A stretch of DNA of 64,000 nt. It comes from a virus. Under the pieces are notes generated by a model. The model did not search any database and was not told the origin of the DNA. It was given only the letters and a program-made list of their open reading frames with translations. This document shows, piece after piece, positions 63,401 to 64,000 of this stretch. How positions within the stretch are numbered: the first letter of the stretch is position 1; each line of letters starts with the position of its first letter. Where the stretch lies: IMG/VR virus record IMGVR_UViG_3300034103_001442, positions 87,741 to 151,740 of that record; one strand, given 5' to 3'. Position numbers and translations under genes: made by a program.

Positions 63401-63999
63401 TCGTTTCTAGCGAAAGATCCAGAACTAATACCATCAACAGTATCAGCATCAAGACCAGAGCCAGATCCGTCGTTTCCTGCGTGCCAAGCAACGCTTCCAG
63501 CAATTTTAAACCCGCCGCCTGAGACGTTGATATTTCCAGAATCACCATTAGGAGCAAAATCCATAATAGTGCTTGCAGTACGAATTCTTAAACCGTAATA
63601 TCCCGCAAACTGCGGAACTTGTGTTGCGCCAAATGTTAAATCTGTTGCGCCAAGACCGTACCAAGGAGCGCCATTAATTGAATCTGAAAGATTAGAAGAA
63701 GAAATGCCAATTTTTGGAGAATAAATGCCAGAATTTGCATTTAACACTCCAGTCAGCGTCCCGCCACTTAATGGCAAATAAGAACTCAAACTTGATGCTG
63801 TTGCGAAATAAGAACTGTTTTGACCATCCAACAAATCAGCATCAAGACCAGAACCAGAACCATCGTTGCCAGCATGCCAAAATAAATTCCAGCCTGTTGT
63901 TCCACTACCATTTGTTTTTCTGCCATAAAAATTTTGATCAAAAAAACTACCAGCAATTTGCATAGAATAGTAATTGCTATCATTGCTATGTGTGCAAGC
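60469..63999 (-). CDS. long tail fibre with C-terminal peptidase S74 intramolecular chaperone (5'-partial)
   Basis: Frame open to window end; 7 GSGSGLDAD repeats; SDIRVKENI...GVIAQEVE.VLPE...coiled coil. Confidence 0.9.
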   Translation of the reverse strand, partial: ACTHSNDSNYYSMQIAGSFFDQNFYGRKTNGSGTTGWNLFWHAGNDGSGSGLDADLLDGQNSSYFATASSLSSYLPLSGGTLTGVLNANSGIYSPKIGISSSNLSDSINGAPWYGLGATDLTFGATQVPQFAGYYGLRIRTASTIMDFAPNGDSGNINVSGGGFKIAGSVAWHAGNDGSGSGLDADTVDGISSGSFARNDVYNSVNAGFQVFRNIGTNTGSWPDADHTLSLENSDAGNIVLNFHRGGYTSNNIRYTGSVFHFDLGLQVSGSTVWHAGNDGSGSGLDADLLDGVNLQSIVYDKGVGQVGVSSNWNDYVAPGMYGVASGSAFSGSNNPGSVYTYGHLLVTEANGQGLQQTYYPHIGDKILLRTGWNDGNWYSWQQIWTSTSDGSGSGLDADTLDGVDSSGFWTKSGSWYGSGLPGSRLQGISASGGEFVLGDGLPNAGQIGVLIDGAYVAGENNGFWSLASDNTWGSRRGMYWDGSYLNFTTNSAVSLFSSVASNRYVDSSNTFVFRVGSSSGVTRHINLSDSDTDPSAASINSGITWGARTDTNPYYLIYCKPQYNNGYSTHTRLTLAWHTGIEIGAASGYGGTRFFNNSPFTGSDIFSVGKGDNNVRVENTLYVGGNVAWHAGNDGSGSGLDADTVDGINPSTSLSASTIAVRDSSGALYSYYGKTNTSSDWNSAFTTTPVNCYQFHGDISSGGPTGTWWFYESMRHSNSGNYWGTQIAWGWEDNANQLYQRNVTGNSWSGWVKYWNSGNDGSGSGLDADTLDGVDSSGFARARTRSNWNDSTVINNVVGQLAWKNYGNSHTIFDASNSTSPDGTSVNNTNAAVAWSGSYPTLMGWNGSSTYGVRVDSARVADNVSGFSGTYWTSNNDGSGSGLDADTVDGYSVGNSTNQIPYLNSSRNLSISNPEAYSGEVRLGAAWNRGGIYAASTLSLSTSGSEIHFIFGDVRKAYVTNSGNVFIDGSVNAATYNKPGLLINSSGTSSSGAAFGMQQVTTEGWTGIFVDFEPYTGWGLYHDNPNNYFCVTAESSTGNLRSFTVPSRESGNRTAYEKIRFNQGDGSITAGGNITALSDIRVKENIELISNAIDKITKIRGVTYTKNNDETGRKYAGVIAQEVEKVLPEVVFNTDESDPDSAKTVAYGNMIGLLIEAIKEQQKQIDELKAALSNK
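63137..63486. repeat. 44-bp exact direct repeat in tail fibre
   Basis: TCAGCATCAAGACCAGAGCCAGATCCGTCGTTTCCTGCGTGCCA at 63137-63180 and 63443-63486. Confidence 0.9.
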
Positions 64000-64000
64000 A

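Noticed and set aside
60469-64000. Diversity-generating retroelement or invertase shufflon at the tail fibre
   Set aside because: No reverse transcriptase or recombinase in the window; repeats are in-frame direct linkers without adenine-specific variation
1-64000. Stop-codon reassignment
   Set aside because: Core genes are full length in the standard code and no suppressor anticodon appears among the 23 tRNAs

Overview
A 64-kb internal segment of a T4-like myovirus genome, almost all encoded on the minus strand in the standard genetic code. A Gram-negative/proteobacterial host is an inference. From left to right: small early hypothetical genes with a repeated promoter motif; gp41, uvsX and gp43; an inverted lysis cassette (GH19 + M15 endolysin); hsp20 with a ROSE-like leader; HEXXH peptidases; a late-expressed cluster of secreted/membrane proteins; a 23-tRNA set with several non-tRNA structured RNAs interleaved; regA, gp62, gp44, gp45; a DNA-modification cluster; peptide deformylase; gp46, gp47, gp55, uvsW, uvsY; the head/tail module gp3-gp23-gp22-gp21-gp20-gp19-gp18-gp17-gp16-gp15-gp14-gp13; and a modular tail fibre that runs off the window end. 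The strongest candidate novel system is a post-replicative thymine hypermodification operon (TET/JBP dioxygenase, amino-methyltransferase, amino-acid:DNA transferase, P-loop kinase, DUF3310-like protein, glycosyltransferase), in which two enzymes end in polymerase-like clamp-binding tails. Other strong candidates are the unannotated structured ncRNAs in the tRNA operon and after gp41, and the secreted lectin/Asn-Thr-rich cluster. All family calls come from motif recognition and manual folding; no searches were run.
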